From Mytilus edulis (taxonomy: Eukaryota): a DNA stretch of 64,000 nucleotides. The stretch spans positions 22,878,001 through 22,942,000 of the forward strand of contig NC_092351.1 in NCBI RefSeq assembly GCF_963676685.1, in the 5' to 3' direction. This document shows, piece by piece, positions 39,120-51,924 of this stretch. Position 1 is the stretch's first letter, and the number at the start of each line of letters is the position of its first letter. The translations under genes were made by a program, and so were the position numbers. The notes beneath the pieces are model-generated. The model did not search any database, was not told the origin of the DNA, and was given only the letters and a program-made list of their open reading frames with translations.

Positions 39120-40560
39120 AAATATGAACATGCTGAACTCTAGAACCGATAATCTTTAAAATACTATGATCAACAACTCCCAGGTTCCATTTCAAACAAT
39201 TCATAATTCGTTCACTCCATCTTTGCCAACACAAACCCATTTTCAAAATGTACCTGTATATATCTTCAAACATACTTTCATCAGGGTATCGAGTATGCAT
39301 ATGCAACTCCGTTCTCAACATATTCCTGTAAATCCAATTAATCAATAAGGTCTTAACCTTTGACACAAATCTATTACTCCCGTTTATCTCTGACAAAATT
39401 ATTATGTATCGTTTAAACATGGCTTAATCTACAAGTCAAAGACATATTGATTGAACGCCATCTTTTCACCAAAAGAGTTCCCATCCAATGCCAAATCCAA
39501 CCAGTCAGCATTATTCTAATCGTAATCTTAGTAATGCCCAGGTTACTTACAACAATCGTAGAGGTCCAGCACATACACAGAGAACACATCCACCTTCTTA
39601 CCGTGAATCAGTTTCAATGTGGTTTAACCATCGAGTTTGTACATCTTTATACTCTGATACTGCCGTTAAGTATAACAAAAATCGTAACTTGCTCGAAATC
39701 ATTATTCAGAAGTAATTTGAGTCACACCAAATTATACTCGTCATCGATATGAATGCAACAATGTTACTCTCTCGACGTAATGATTCCGATAGACGTTTAA
39801 GATCTGTTATAGACAAATACAAACTATTCACTTATGCTTACATATTAACTTATCAGCATGCAATAGGATCATCCAATATTGACTATATTTTCAGTCATGC
39901 AGATGAAATTTGTCTGGAACTTGAGATATGTATATCAGAGAATACATCTAATACTCAGAAACCCATCATTGAAAGACCTGATCAAATGAAGACCTCTAGA
40001 GATCAACTGAAAAGTAATATTCTAGCTGCAGCTGTCAAAGCTATGCCATCTATACCATCTAGAAAATACGATTAACGGGACCAAAATAGAAGGGTAGTCC
40101 AATTACTTGATTAAGGCAATTTAATGCACAACAATTGGATTAAATTTGGCAGACCAACGAAGAATCAACCAATAATCAATGAACGCAAATCAATCAATAG
40201 ACGTATCAGACTACACCAGCGACAGGACATGGCATGTGAGCGTAAACAATTTTATTGTCAAATTCTTTAATCGGGAAAGTTTACAACGTTTTTAAACTTC
40301 TCAGAAGGGGAGTATCAAATGCTATTTCAAAACCATAGGGCTTAATTAATGAAGGCAAACTTGTTATTGATCTTGACAAACACAGTACAAATTTGCAAGG
40401 TTCTATGAAGTCCTTGCCGTTCCAAAGCAAATTGAACAATTTTATTCTGACTATCAGGAAAATACTCAACTTCATATAGAGCTAATAAAAAAAACCATAA
40501 GGTAAAACACAGAATTCATGGAAAAACATAATATTGATTTGCTCAATGCAGAAATGTGAA
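39120..40560 (+). pseudogene. Possible highly decayed LINE (APE-RT) remnant
   Basis: Fragmentary peptides GSSNIDYIFS (APE-like IDY motif) and NWIKFGRP resemble LINE ORF2 endonuclease and linker segments; many stops. Confidence 0.3.
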
Positions 40561-41025
40561 AAAAATCAATAACTGGTTAACGCACTTCACATGATTGGTC
40601 AATTCCCTGTATGGTCAGATGTTTTATCCAGGAATAATATATAAAAAGCTTCAATTGTATCAAATGACTTCATATTGTCATATCAATTTGTAATGAAGGG
40701 CTTTAACAGGAAAATCCTTTTTTTTTTTTAAAGGAAAATGACTTTCAATTATTTTTCTTTCAATTAGTCTATATTGTTTTGTATTAATATCAATTTCTTT
40801 TGTGCGATAACAATTATCCGAGGTCATTTGATATTAACTAATTCCCGGATTCTTCAATGTTTTTTGTTTTAATCTTGTGATAATGTTGTGATCTTGTGTT
40901 TTTTCACATCTTATGATTAATCACATGCTTTAAATGATATATATATATATATCAATTCAAATCTTGTATTTTCATTCTATGACTGATATTTACACTGACA
41001 CCATACATTTGTCTGAAGAGTAAAA

Positions 41026-44000
41026 ATGTTCATGCTGGTAATTGGTTTACTTGTGTTATCGACATACATGCATACAGCTGAATCATGTTGTTGCATGCCA
41101 GAGAAATTTGAACTGCACGAATATGTGGAAGATATCTTCACTTGGCCATCAGCAATGATACAAACGGTATTATGTAATATTATCAATATATAAATACATT
41201 TTAATTTTTTATTAGATACGATTTAACAATATATGAAATTATAGCTAAATACAACCGAGAAATAAATCATATTTAGCCAAACCTTCTTTTTTATAAATCA
41301 TAATAATATGATTTCCGTAAAATAAAGTTTCTTCGCGTATTAACTAGTAAAAGTTACACGTGATAAATATGATGCATTCAAAGCGCTTTTTTAAATAAAA
41401 GTTAATCAAGAACACTGAAAAACATTAAAAGCCAACAATGTTTAGATAATTAGCTAAATATACATAATGTGTATTTGTCATGGATGGATACGTTGTTTTC
41501 AAATATATGATCAAAATTGGCCATTAAAGAATAGTCAAAACAATCATATGCTTCTCTTGGGGGCATGAACATTATGTGAGGTTTGATTTTCCTGAAGAAA
41601 TTATGCCTGTGGCGATCGAAGCAATGTAAGCTTAACTCAAAATCAAAGGAAAGTTTTAGAAAAACACGTATTGTTTTTCTTTTACTTCTTAGCATGTTTA
41701 ACTTCTGTTATATTTGGTAGGAAGAAATAATAAAACAGGTGACAGAAGTAAAAACTATGACAAACAGCATGTTTGTTGTTCTTTTTCAGGGCTATGCAAA
41801 TATTTCTTTTGACTTGGAAGTGAAAAAATCTGTATTTTTCTTCTATGACGTGAAACTAAATGGAAAAGACGTACCCACACCAACATATCTATTTGATCAT
41901 TCTTCGGTAAGTACAACACATATCATGTATACTAGTATTTAACTGTTTCAACCACAGGACATCATCTTAACATGACATAATGTTGATGACATTTCAATTG
42001 TAGTAAAGTTTACCACAAAATAATAGAGATAAAATAGAAGAAATATAGTGTATACCTCATTATATGCAAATGATTTGATTTGTATCAATATTGTCTGTTT
42101 TATGCAACTTGAATCTAGTAAAATCCGGACTCATAGATTACGGGATATTACAAAGTATTAGTTTTGGCTACATGCTAGCTAGAAAAGGGTGTATAATGTT
42201 TTACATTGTGAGTACACTTCCACTGTACCAAATAATAAGGATTGATTGATCGATGATAAGTCTATGCCTTAGCATGATGGCCGTAGATATTATGACACAA
42301 TTATAGTCGTGCGTAGAATGTATGCATATCAGAAGACGCGTTCCCGGTCGACGAACCTGATATTTCAAATCTCCATATCTTTTTTTGATATATTTCAAAA
42401 GGATTTTCGGATTTAGAACATATCTTGCCTCGCGATCTTGTTTAATGATAATTCGTACTGTCTATGTTTTAATGTCAAAGTGATCTTTCTTACTTGTGAA
42501 ATTATGTTAATGTTTTGTTCAATAATCAAGATAGCCTCAGATAGATATTCTCCTCTTTTTTTAGGGCTTTGTTTCCAACTCCTTCTTTACATGTAATCCC
42601 AAACTATTGTGTAGTAGAAACACGTTTACTAATTCGTAATAATCATGATTATACATTTTATTTTAAGAAACTGGTAACTGTCAGCGTCCTATACTCTATA
42701 TTGTTTGTATATTTTAGGGATTTGTGTACGTATATGATCTACGGTCTAAATATTGTAAAAAGATGCCTATCGGGAGAATGAACCCTGTATGCGTACCAGG
42801 TAATTAGCATTTAAGAGATATTTGTACCGAATAAAACGAACTAGTAAAATCTATATCAGTATCAATAAATGATCTTAGAAATACCGACTTACATTTGTCC
42901 TAAGGCCTTTTTCACATTAATAAACATATACTTTTGATACAATGATTTATTTTGAAATTCTTTATAGAACATTTTACCTTTTAAATTAGATTTAAAAAAG
43001 TTCATTTACATGAAGACACTATATTTACTTTGTTAATAATCTAAAAACTCTTAAGACAAAAAAAAAGTATCTTGGAAAGTTCTTTTATTGATAATGTTTT
43101 GTCACTTGATAAACCATATCTATATTATGAGTGCTTTTATCTCATTTGTTATACAGATATAATGTTTAGTTAAAGTAGAACAGTGCATTTTGTAATTTTT
43201 AAATATTGATCTCAGCATTTTTGTTAGACATTTTGTATTAAAGGGTAATTATTATCGTCTTAAACATCAAAATTGGAGGTAAATGTTATCAAATTGCTTA
43301 AGAGCAACAAAGACTTCGAATTAACTTGACCTTCATTTTAAAACTTCTGATGCTTTCATTCTTGCAGCAAATCAATCTACAGACACCACACATCTCGGCA
43401 CAGGAAAAGAAACGCTATCTGTTAAGACATATCAGTCTACAGCTGGGAATCAAACAACTAGTACCACAGTAACGAAAGAGAAATGTTATCTCATCAGCTC
43501 CGAACTCAATGGTAAGATAATTGAAATAACTAGATATCATTGAGATGGGAGCCATCTCTGTGGGCCCCTCTGTGAATAATGTGCATTAAAAAATTGAATC
43601 TTTACAATAGGACATGGGTTTGTCAACTGAAATCAAAGTTTTTGACCTTGACCTTTGACCTAGGAAGTTGTAAATAAATTATGACACACCCTTTGGTGTT
43701 GGTTTATAAACAAGTCAAGTATAAACTTTGAAATGATAACGGTTCTTAAGATATAGAGCGGACACGATCTTTACCATAGGACATTGGGTTGTCAACTGAA
43801 ACCAAAGTTTTTGACCTTGACCTTTGACCTAGGAAGTTGTACATACATCATGACACACCCTCTGGTGGTGGTTAATAAACATGTAAAGTATAAAGTATGA
43901 AATCATAACGGTTCTCTAGATATAGAGCGGACACAAAGTGTTACGGACGGACGGACGGACAGACTGATCACTATAGGGCGACCCTCCTTTGGCGGGGCCC

Positions 44001-45760
44001 TAATTAAATTTAAAGCACAAGCCAATAGTTTCTTAAACTATCCAGTACGACCCAGACTCAGTTTGTGAAGGTTTATATTTATAACATTCAAGGGCAAAAA
44101 AACAAACAAATAGCTACTTAACAGAGAAAAGTCGTATATGTTCTTATTCGTCTGCACTAGCCGAATGATTAAACAATAGTTTTATGAACTGCAGTCATGG
44201 AAAAAACTTTGTCGGACAGTTATATATTGTTTTAAGTCAAAAGAGAATTGTTGCTGATTGATCGATGTGGAAAGAAAAACAAAATCCAAAACAAACCAAT
44301 ACTATTTTTTGAGAAGTATATGTGTTTCTTTTAATAAATAAATAAAGATAAACTGAATAAGAAATTTGCATATGATCCACTATTTGGTCTTTTTACTTTT
44401 TATTCGAACGTCATTGATGAGTCTTATATATAGTGTCATAATATTATTGTTTACCCTGTATCTACTGTTCTCTGCTGTCTTTTGTTTGTCATATATTGTA
44501 TATATTTTCGTTTGCCATAGCATGTATATGCTTCTTGCAAATAAAGTACTCATTCATTTATTCATTCAATACAATTAAACTTCAGTAAGTACTTTATTAC
44601 AGACTCGGAGTATCCAATAAGTTTGAGAAGACAATTTTACGGTACGACATTAGGGATCAAGGATATGTCGGTCTTCAAAATACCCGCTATTTGTAAGAAG
44701 ATCTTTTGGAATACACAGGTAATGTTTTGCTGAAGAGTTTAAACTAATACTTGATAAATTTGCTGCAAAACCATTGAATACAGGATGAGCTATATGACCA
44801 AAATAGATCCAAAGGACTTACAAAAAGGACGTTTAAAGACTTAAAAATGAAAAATGCTGAAAAATTAGAGGCTATTTAACGAACCAGATGTTTTAAAATT
44901 ACACACACCGCTGGAAGGTATACCTCCAAAAGTACTTTAAATTTAGATTGAACTCATTAATCCCAATCATTCTGAGGTCATAATACTTACAGGTTATACA
45001 TGACATGACATGGGTCAACTAAATTCTAACTGCTCGAAACAATTAACAATATTGCTTGTACAAAGCATACGTGATTGACTGATAATGATTATATCACAAA
45101 CAAATAAAGAATGATGTCACCTTAAACTTTTAATGAATCTGAAAACGTTATTGTTAGAGAGAAAAAAATATAAATGGGAACGAATCTGAATATTCAGTGG
45201 AAGATGGCTATCTGCTTAACTGTCTAACATTTACAAATTGTTTCCGCAATCACCTGGTAATTCATCTTTTTAATTGAACTTCTTCAGCTTTAACTGTACA
45301 AGGCATTTTAACTTTTTTGGATTCGAGCATCACAGCCATGAGCCTTTTGTAGACGAAACACGCATCTGGAGTGCAAAATTATAAGCCTTATACCTTTGAT
45401 GAGTTATTTTTAAAAAGGAATCTCGATACATATAACATTGATTCTATAATGGTGCATCTTTGTCATGTCCCCTAAAGACATTGCTTTTGTTTTAAATATA
45501 AGTTTTAAATTTACATATTAATTGTTTAAATATTTTTTCTGTTAAATATACTGTGCCCAAATGAATTTTAAGTCTGTTTGGTTGGTTTTCATCCACCTAG
45601 AAACTTTCATTTCAACATCTATGAGTTTTGGTTAGATTTTTTCATAGTCCACAATAGAGGTTAATACTTACAGTGAAATTTGTAAAAAAATATTTGAATA
45701 TTCTAATTTCAGGAAATACCAGAGGTTTCCCGTCGTGTATTTCATCCATTCTACTTATAG
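41026..45760 (+). CDS. EPDR: Ependymin-related secreted protein, copy 4 (6 exons, ~215 aa)
   Basis: Exons 41026-41166 (MFMLVIGLLVLSTYMHTAESCCCMPEKFEL..QT), 41790-41906 (GYANISFDL..LFDHSS), 42718-42799 (GFVYVYDLRSKYCKK..VCVP), 43368-43511 (ANQSTDTTHLGTG..TVTKEKCYLISSELN), 44603-44718 (DSEY..GTTLGIKDMSVFKIPAICKK..TQ), 45713-45760 (EIPEVSRRVFHPFYL*). Same intron phases as copy 3. Confidence 0.92.
43528..44003 (-). mobile_element. HINE-type element in intron 4 of EPDR copy 4
   Basis: Palindrome gagatgggagccatctc at one end, two ~169-bp tandem units, (acgg)n microsatellite ~43943-43960, and hairpin tagggcg..gcccta at the other end. Confidence 0.8.
45325..45372 (+). ncRNA. Degenerate type I hammerhead ribozyme remnant in intron 5 of EPDR copy 4
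   Basis: gagcatca-cagccatga-gcct-tttgt-agac-gaaa-cacgc-atc-tggagt; full layout present but the catalytic core is mutated. Confidence 0.5.
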
Positions 45761-48700
45761 AAAGAACGTAACGGTTAGAGACGGTACCTATTTGATGTCA
45801 ACAAGAAGTTATCAACAATGTTAAAATTCATCTTTCAATTTCTGAAAAGAAAACTTAGCAATATTATGCATCTATTTTTACTATGGTTTAATATTTTCTC
45901 TGTCAAGGTTCATATGAATTAAATATATCTATCTTTGTTTCTTTGTCTATTTTACATGTTATCATACAAATTTTATAAGAGCTTGCCCATATCATTTTCA
46001 AAAAATATAAACGTCCTCTTGTTAGCAATTTTTTAAATGTTTCATAGTGAATTTTGAACTAAATACAGGCATATTGATGCATCACAGAAAGGCTTTTTAA
46101 AATCATTTTGAAACAAAACATTTACGCATAGGATAGAACAAGTATTGTGTCAAAGGTTTCTGCGCATCAAATTTTTAAATCATTTCATAGATTTAAAAAA
46201 ATAGTTTTTTTTCTTTTATATTTATCGCCTTCTCAATACTATAATGCACATTCAAACTGTGTTCTTGCTTGCTGTTTTTATCGTATCTGATTGACTATTT
46301 CTATAATAATAAACGCATTTGTGAACAAAACTTGTGTTATTTGAATTGCTGGTCTATTAATAGCCAGATAAAGAAATGACGTTTTTAAGTTTAAAATCTA
46401 CTGAAGGAACATTACGTCAACACTGGGAAATACAGAAGGTAGAAAAGAAATCACAAACTTTTGAAAAGGGGGAGTAAAGAAAATACCTGTTACATATATT
46501 CGTAGATGAAGTTATATTGAAAACTGTGATAATACTCATTACTTTACACCATTGAAATAAAAATATATATCTTTTGCAAATTATTGATATTTAAGACATT
46601 AACTAAATTCTTTCTCTCTTTTGTTTTTGGGAAAAAGGGGGAGGGGGTATCTATTCCTTTTGTGGTGATGGTGTGTATATATCTCGTCAATTACATAAAT
46701 GCGTGTAAACTTTTTATTGCCCCTTTAATCAACGTATTCTGTACAATAAAACAATACTAGCTTTTGTGTTTGTTACAAATAAACATTTATTATTTTCCGG
46801 TTATTAACACTTATGATTTACATCCTGTCGATACATGTAATTTTGCATTACACATTGTCATGCTTTCTCACATGACTATGACAACAAGTTGAAATTGGGC
46901 TTAGGCTTAGCTGTCATCACTGCGAGGTCTCTGAGATCGGTACTTTGTGTCAAATGTTATGATTACTACCCGTCTGATTAATAAATCACTTTTGATTGTT
47001 TTTAACAGTTTTATGTGATGTGAAGCATGTTGGGAGAGGGTCGAGCGTTCACAAATATAATTTACTCCGTTGACAAAGTTGTAGATCATATATACTTTCA
47101 TGTAATTTTTTTTGCATTTTCAACATCAATTTACATTGTCAATTTGATTTGTATCGTTACCTTGTAGTTGTATCACACATATTATGACTGTTGCATCGTA
47201 TTAGGTCATATCAAAAGGTTGAGAACTTTCAGCTTTGTTTTGGTGATTGCAAGCATTCTAGTCCAGTCAATCTAGCATAAATTTGACCCTAACCCGAAAG
47301 TAATTGCAACAGAAGGTTTAAAGTTTCTTTAGATAAGTAAGTTTCTGAAAAAATATAATATACAGATAAAAACAATTCCAAATTTTCATATTATTTTTTC
47401 AAAATGGTTACAAAGCTTCAAATTTGCAATTTCTTTAAAGAAAAATGCTCGAAAAAAAATAAAACTACCCATAACACTTCGGTTTTGTACATTTCATGAG
47501 CAGAAGATTATATTATTTAGTAAAATACAAATTTATTACCCCATCAAAGTATCATACATTACATAAATTTCGAGGAAAACAACGAAAACCTGACCACAAA
47601 AGACTAATTTTTGAAAGAACTATCTCCCCTTCCAATGTTAATTTCTTAATTGTTAAAAATGCTGATTTTGAGTTTTCCTCAAGTTAGATTTAATGGGACT
47701 TTTTTTCTGTGTATATAAAGGGCATAATGCTGTAGATTAGAACTAAAACATTTTCTGTTGAATTAGTTTGAGGTTAAATCTTAGTTTGACTGGACTATTC
47801 TTTGACGTGGTTGTATTACTGTAATTTCATTTATTTTCATTGGCTACTTATGTTCGTGGATATTACATTTCGTGGTTGATAAATCTACAGTATTTAATTT
47901 TGATTGCTGTGACATTTTGTTGTTTAATATATCGATATAACAGAGTTGGGTGCTTTTCACTGAAATGATTTTCATTTTACGTTACGTAATGTATCTTTTT
48001 GTTAATTCACTGATACGTTTAACCATGGAATTTCGTTAGTAACTATATTGTAACATGTAGCTTTATTCATTGCTGTATTGTTTAGTGTATGACCGCTTTT
48101 TCAAATTTCTACAAGAAGAAATATTAGGGTTAACCTTCTGTAGAAATATTAATAGAAAGAAAATTTTAAATAGCAATTATACACAACAAATAAAGATCTG
48201 CATATGAGCTAATTGTCTAGATCTACAAATGTAGAAGTAAATTCTAAATGTTTAATCAGGCTTTTGTTTCTTGTCATTCTCACATTTACGAATATATACA
48301 AAAAACATGAAACATAAACTCATCAATTGAGTACACAATACTCTCGTTTCGTCTGCAAAACACTCATCCGTGACAAAAAAATATATAGTTCTTTTAAATA
48401 CATATCTCCAGTCACAAAACAGTCCAAAATATCTGGAAACCAATGCCAAATAGAATAACTAATAATATTCCTGTAGAGAGAAGGAAATATCAATATTGAA
48501 TTTTGAATTCGTAGTTAGTAACTTTCCGTGATCATTTAGTTTTCTAAAACTTTTTCAAATATCAATGGTTGATGTTTTTCACATCACAATTTACATTACT
48601 GCAGTAGCATTATGTTTATCAAACTATCATTGCTAGTTTTTTTAAACATGAATTTTATACAATTAACAAACCGGTTTTAGTGGGGTTCGTGTTGCTCAGT

Positions 48701-49027
48701 TTTCTATGTTGTGTTTTTTGTACTGCTGTCTTTCTTTTGGTCTTGTCTCTTTTTTTTGCCATGGCTTTGTCAGTTTTTTTTTCGACTTATGAGTTTGAAT
48801 GTCCCTTTGATATTTTTCGCTCCTTAAGCCTGCATGTATCATGGCATTATTTTGTTTGAGTAATCCTCACATTTACATAGTTACCAGTGCTATAATCATT
48901 TGGTATTTAACGCTGTCTGTTCTGCTGTAAGACATGTGTATGTGTGTGTTATAACTTATTTTTTTGTAATATTATTTAAAACCTACTGGTTGTATGTGAT
49001 CTAGTTAACAAATGAAGATATTTAACT

Positions 49028-51634
49028 TCATTTGTAGAATAATTCATGTGATTCCGTTAGAGAATAAGTACCTTCGCTGTTGGAAAAGGAGCCATTCACC
49101 TGCAAACAACTGTAACCACCCTTTTTAAAACCTAATCCAGGTAGGAACTGGCACTGAAATAAAGTTGTAATTTGCCATGAAATACGACTTTAAAATATAC
49201 ATGTATGATGTATATTTATTAAAAAAAAGACAGCTATTTCTTTTAAATTAGTATGAAAGGGATAAAAGGTTGTTGTACAAAATTCAAATTAGAATTAAAT
49301 AAGAAAATTTCCGTTCTCCCTAAACTTTTATGACAGGTCGTTCCTTTGTTTTGTGAAATTACATAACAATTACTTATTTTTCCACAAAAAAGAGGAAAAA
49401 GTCAAAAAGAACACCAAGGGAACACAAACATTTAAAGAAATACTAAATACACCACGATAAAAAAAAAAGAAAACGAAAACGACAAACAGTACTCTACAAA
49501 AACTTCAAAAAACAAAACGAATGAACGACAATTAGGAACTCACCAAATTCGTGAATTACCTCAGGTGATAGAGTATCTGTTCAGACATTTATAGACCATA
49601 TTTTGTAACAAGTCAGTAAAATAACATGAAATTTTATTTTATTCTGATATATCGATCTGACTTGCACACAAAAAGTAATTTAGGACATTTCAATAGTAAG
49701 TAGATGAGGTGAACAAAATATCAAATTAATGTCATGTTTTAATTTACCTTTGTATCGGGAAGACATTCGTGAGTGCCTCTGAATACATTTAGGAATATAT
49801 CAATAGATTCATCATCGTCATCAAGGTCACATTGATTGATATCAGTATCGTTTAAGTTCATATCTATGAATGCAACACCTCTAAAAACAAAATTGAAAAA
49901 ATCAGTTCCCTTTTTCTGAACGTGCATAGTTAACTAAAGGTGCGAGTGAAATAGAATATGAATCATGTTGCTTCAAAACTTATATAGCACATGTTGAATT
50001 AAACTAGTCCTCCTTTATTGCTACCCGATTAAACATCGGCCTTTACTGTATATAAGCATATAACGTACAACTGAGGAGACTAGTGGATCAGGAACTGCTT
50101 ACCCTTCCAGAGTACATAATTTCATGTGTTGGGTTTGGTTAAATTCGTTACTTTTTATTTTAGTTTTTTTTGTGAAATGTTTTGTAAACTGTTACAAACA
50201 TTTTGTTTCGTATTGATTTGTTAACAACATATCCGGTTTTTTTTTCAGATTAAGTCTTTAAAAAGAAAAAGGAAAAATTATTAAAAATGTGTACTGGAAA
50301 TTTAAATATGTCTTACTTGAATGCGGGCTTTCCAGTGGCATCTTGTCCAAATATTGGCACAGAAAATGTAACCAACCAACTATCACTAAATCCACAATCA
50401 AAATAAGGTTGACTCCAGTATCCATCTTCTTGTTTTGCAAAATACATCACGATATTCTCATCTTGAATGTCCGTGCTGTCATTCCTATTTCATAAGATTA
50501 TGAATAAGAAAATTATACGGGTCAATTAAACGTATTAAACAGTTATTGTTACCGGTACTATAGTTGCATGGGTTTTAGATAACTTCTTTCAATGTGAAAT
50601 GTCAAAAAGACATTAAGTAAGGAATGTAATTAGAGACTGTGATATGGATGATAAATCTTTCATAGTAACTGTAAAATTCTACCCAAATGTTTATCTATTT
50701 AGATTTGGGGTCGATGCGGAGCTTACTATATTGTTTCGTTGTTTTACATCTTAAAGTCTTTGATTTTATTTTTGTGTCGTTTATTAGTTTCATCATTGAC
50801 CTAATCCCGCATTCTCCTTTATTCGGTGTGACTGTATTTATACAGAAGATAAAAGTTACACTATAATGCAAACTTTCAAGATATAATGATGCAAAACCCT
50901 ATTTTTTTCTGATGTTTTATTCGTTTGCAGATTAATGCAATTGTTTGAGAAAGTAGCAAATTGTTACAAAGTAAAACTTAAATGTCAAAATTAAGAAAAA
51001 AGTTTACAAATAATCCAAATCCTAAGAAAATGTTTAAAACAATTGTTTAGTGCAAATTCACATCAGTATAAAAGTTATTTACTAACCTCTGGTGTCTTTC
51101 CGTTAGAATTGACGATGCATTATCCCACTTTCTTGACTCTAAGTTGTAATACCACTCTGAATCAACTGATGTTTGATACACATAAGAAAGCGATAAATCG
51201 TAAAGGCGAATAACTCCATGTTTATAATAAGCATAAGGTGCAAAAGCTTTGTATCTTGAAAATACATCTGGCTCAAACGCAAGACCAGAACTGAAAACTT
51301 GTGGTGATCCTGTCATAACGACATTTCTTGCCAAATTAAAGAATGTTAAATCTGGAATAGACTCCAATATTCCTTTGTTCTGATAAATTATTGTCGACAT
51401 GTAATTAGCATTATAAATAGCTAAGTTTGCATATCCATTCCACAGAGTGAAATCTAGGGTTAAGTAAAGATTAGACGCAGAGCACATGTCTGTATGAGTA
51501 TTTCCAATGATATTGAGAGCAGTGATTGCATCTGACTTACCACCTTTTACGAATAGTATAAGTCCATGCATCAAAATAAAACATATAAAGAAAAAAACCG
51601 AAACTCTACATGTTGTGTTCATCATCGACTGCAT
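49028..51634 (-). CDS. GPR158/GPR179-like ectodomain protein (signal peptide + Cache domain + partial EGF-like), ~325 aa, no 7TM found
   Basis: Exons 51087-51634 (hydrophobic leader; SSGLAFEPDVF..FAPYAY..YDLS..SEWYYNL), 50317-50484 (EDGYWSQPYFDCGFSDSWLVTFSVPIFG..PAFK), 49748-49880 (GVAFIDMNLNDTDINQC..FRGTHECLPDTK), and from 49153 (CQFLPGLGFKKGGYSCLQ..) reaching TGA at 49028. An alternative splice from 49072 to 47344 would end ETYLSKETLNLLLQLLSG* at 47289. The motif order matches the GPR158 ectodomain (WSxPYxxC..WLVT..FxGV..D..DIxQC..FxGTHxC..C..GLGF..GxYxC). Confidence 0.85.
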
Positions 51635-51924
51635 ACACTTTCCTAAAAAAAAAGGTAAAATAAGTTATCTGGAAAACGAACTGTTTTCAATACACAATTT
51701 GTTTTATAACAACAAAGATAAGACAGATTTGTTTTTGTAATAATAAGGTAATGAAATGAATGACGCTATATGAACACTATTTTTTACATGCTTACAGAAC
51801 TAAAGAATTACTTGCTGGTATTAAAAAGCGATTAAAACTACTTTTGCTGTTCCACAACTTTATGAATACTTGACTGATAGAAGTCACCAAAGCAAACGTG
51901 CAATCGATAAAAGTAAAAAAACAA

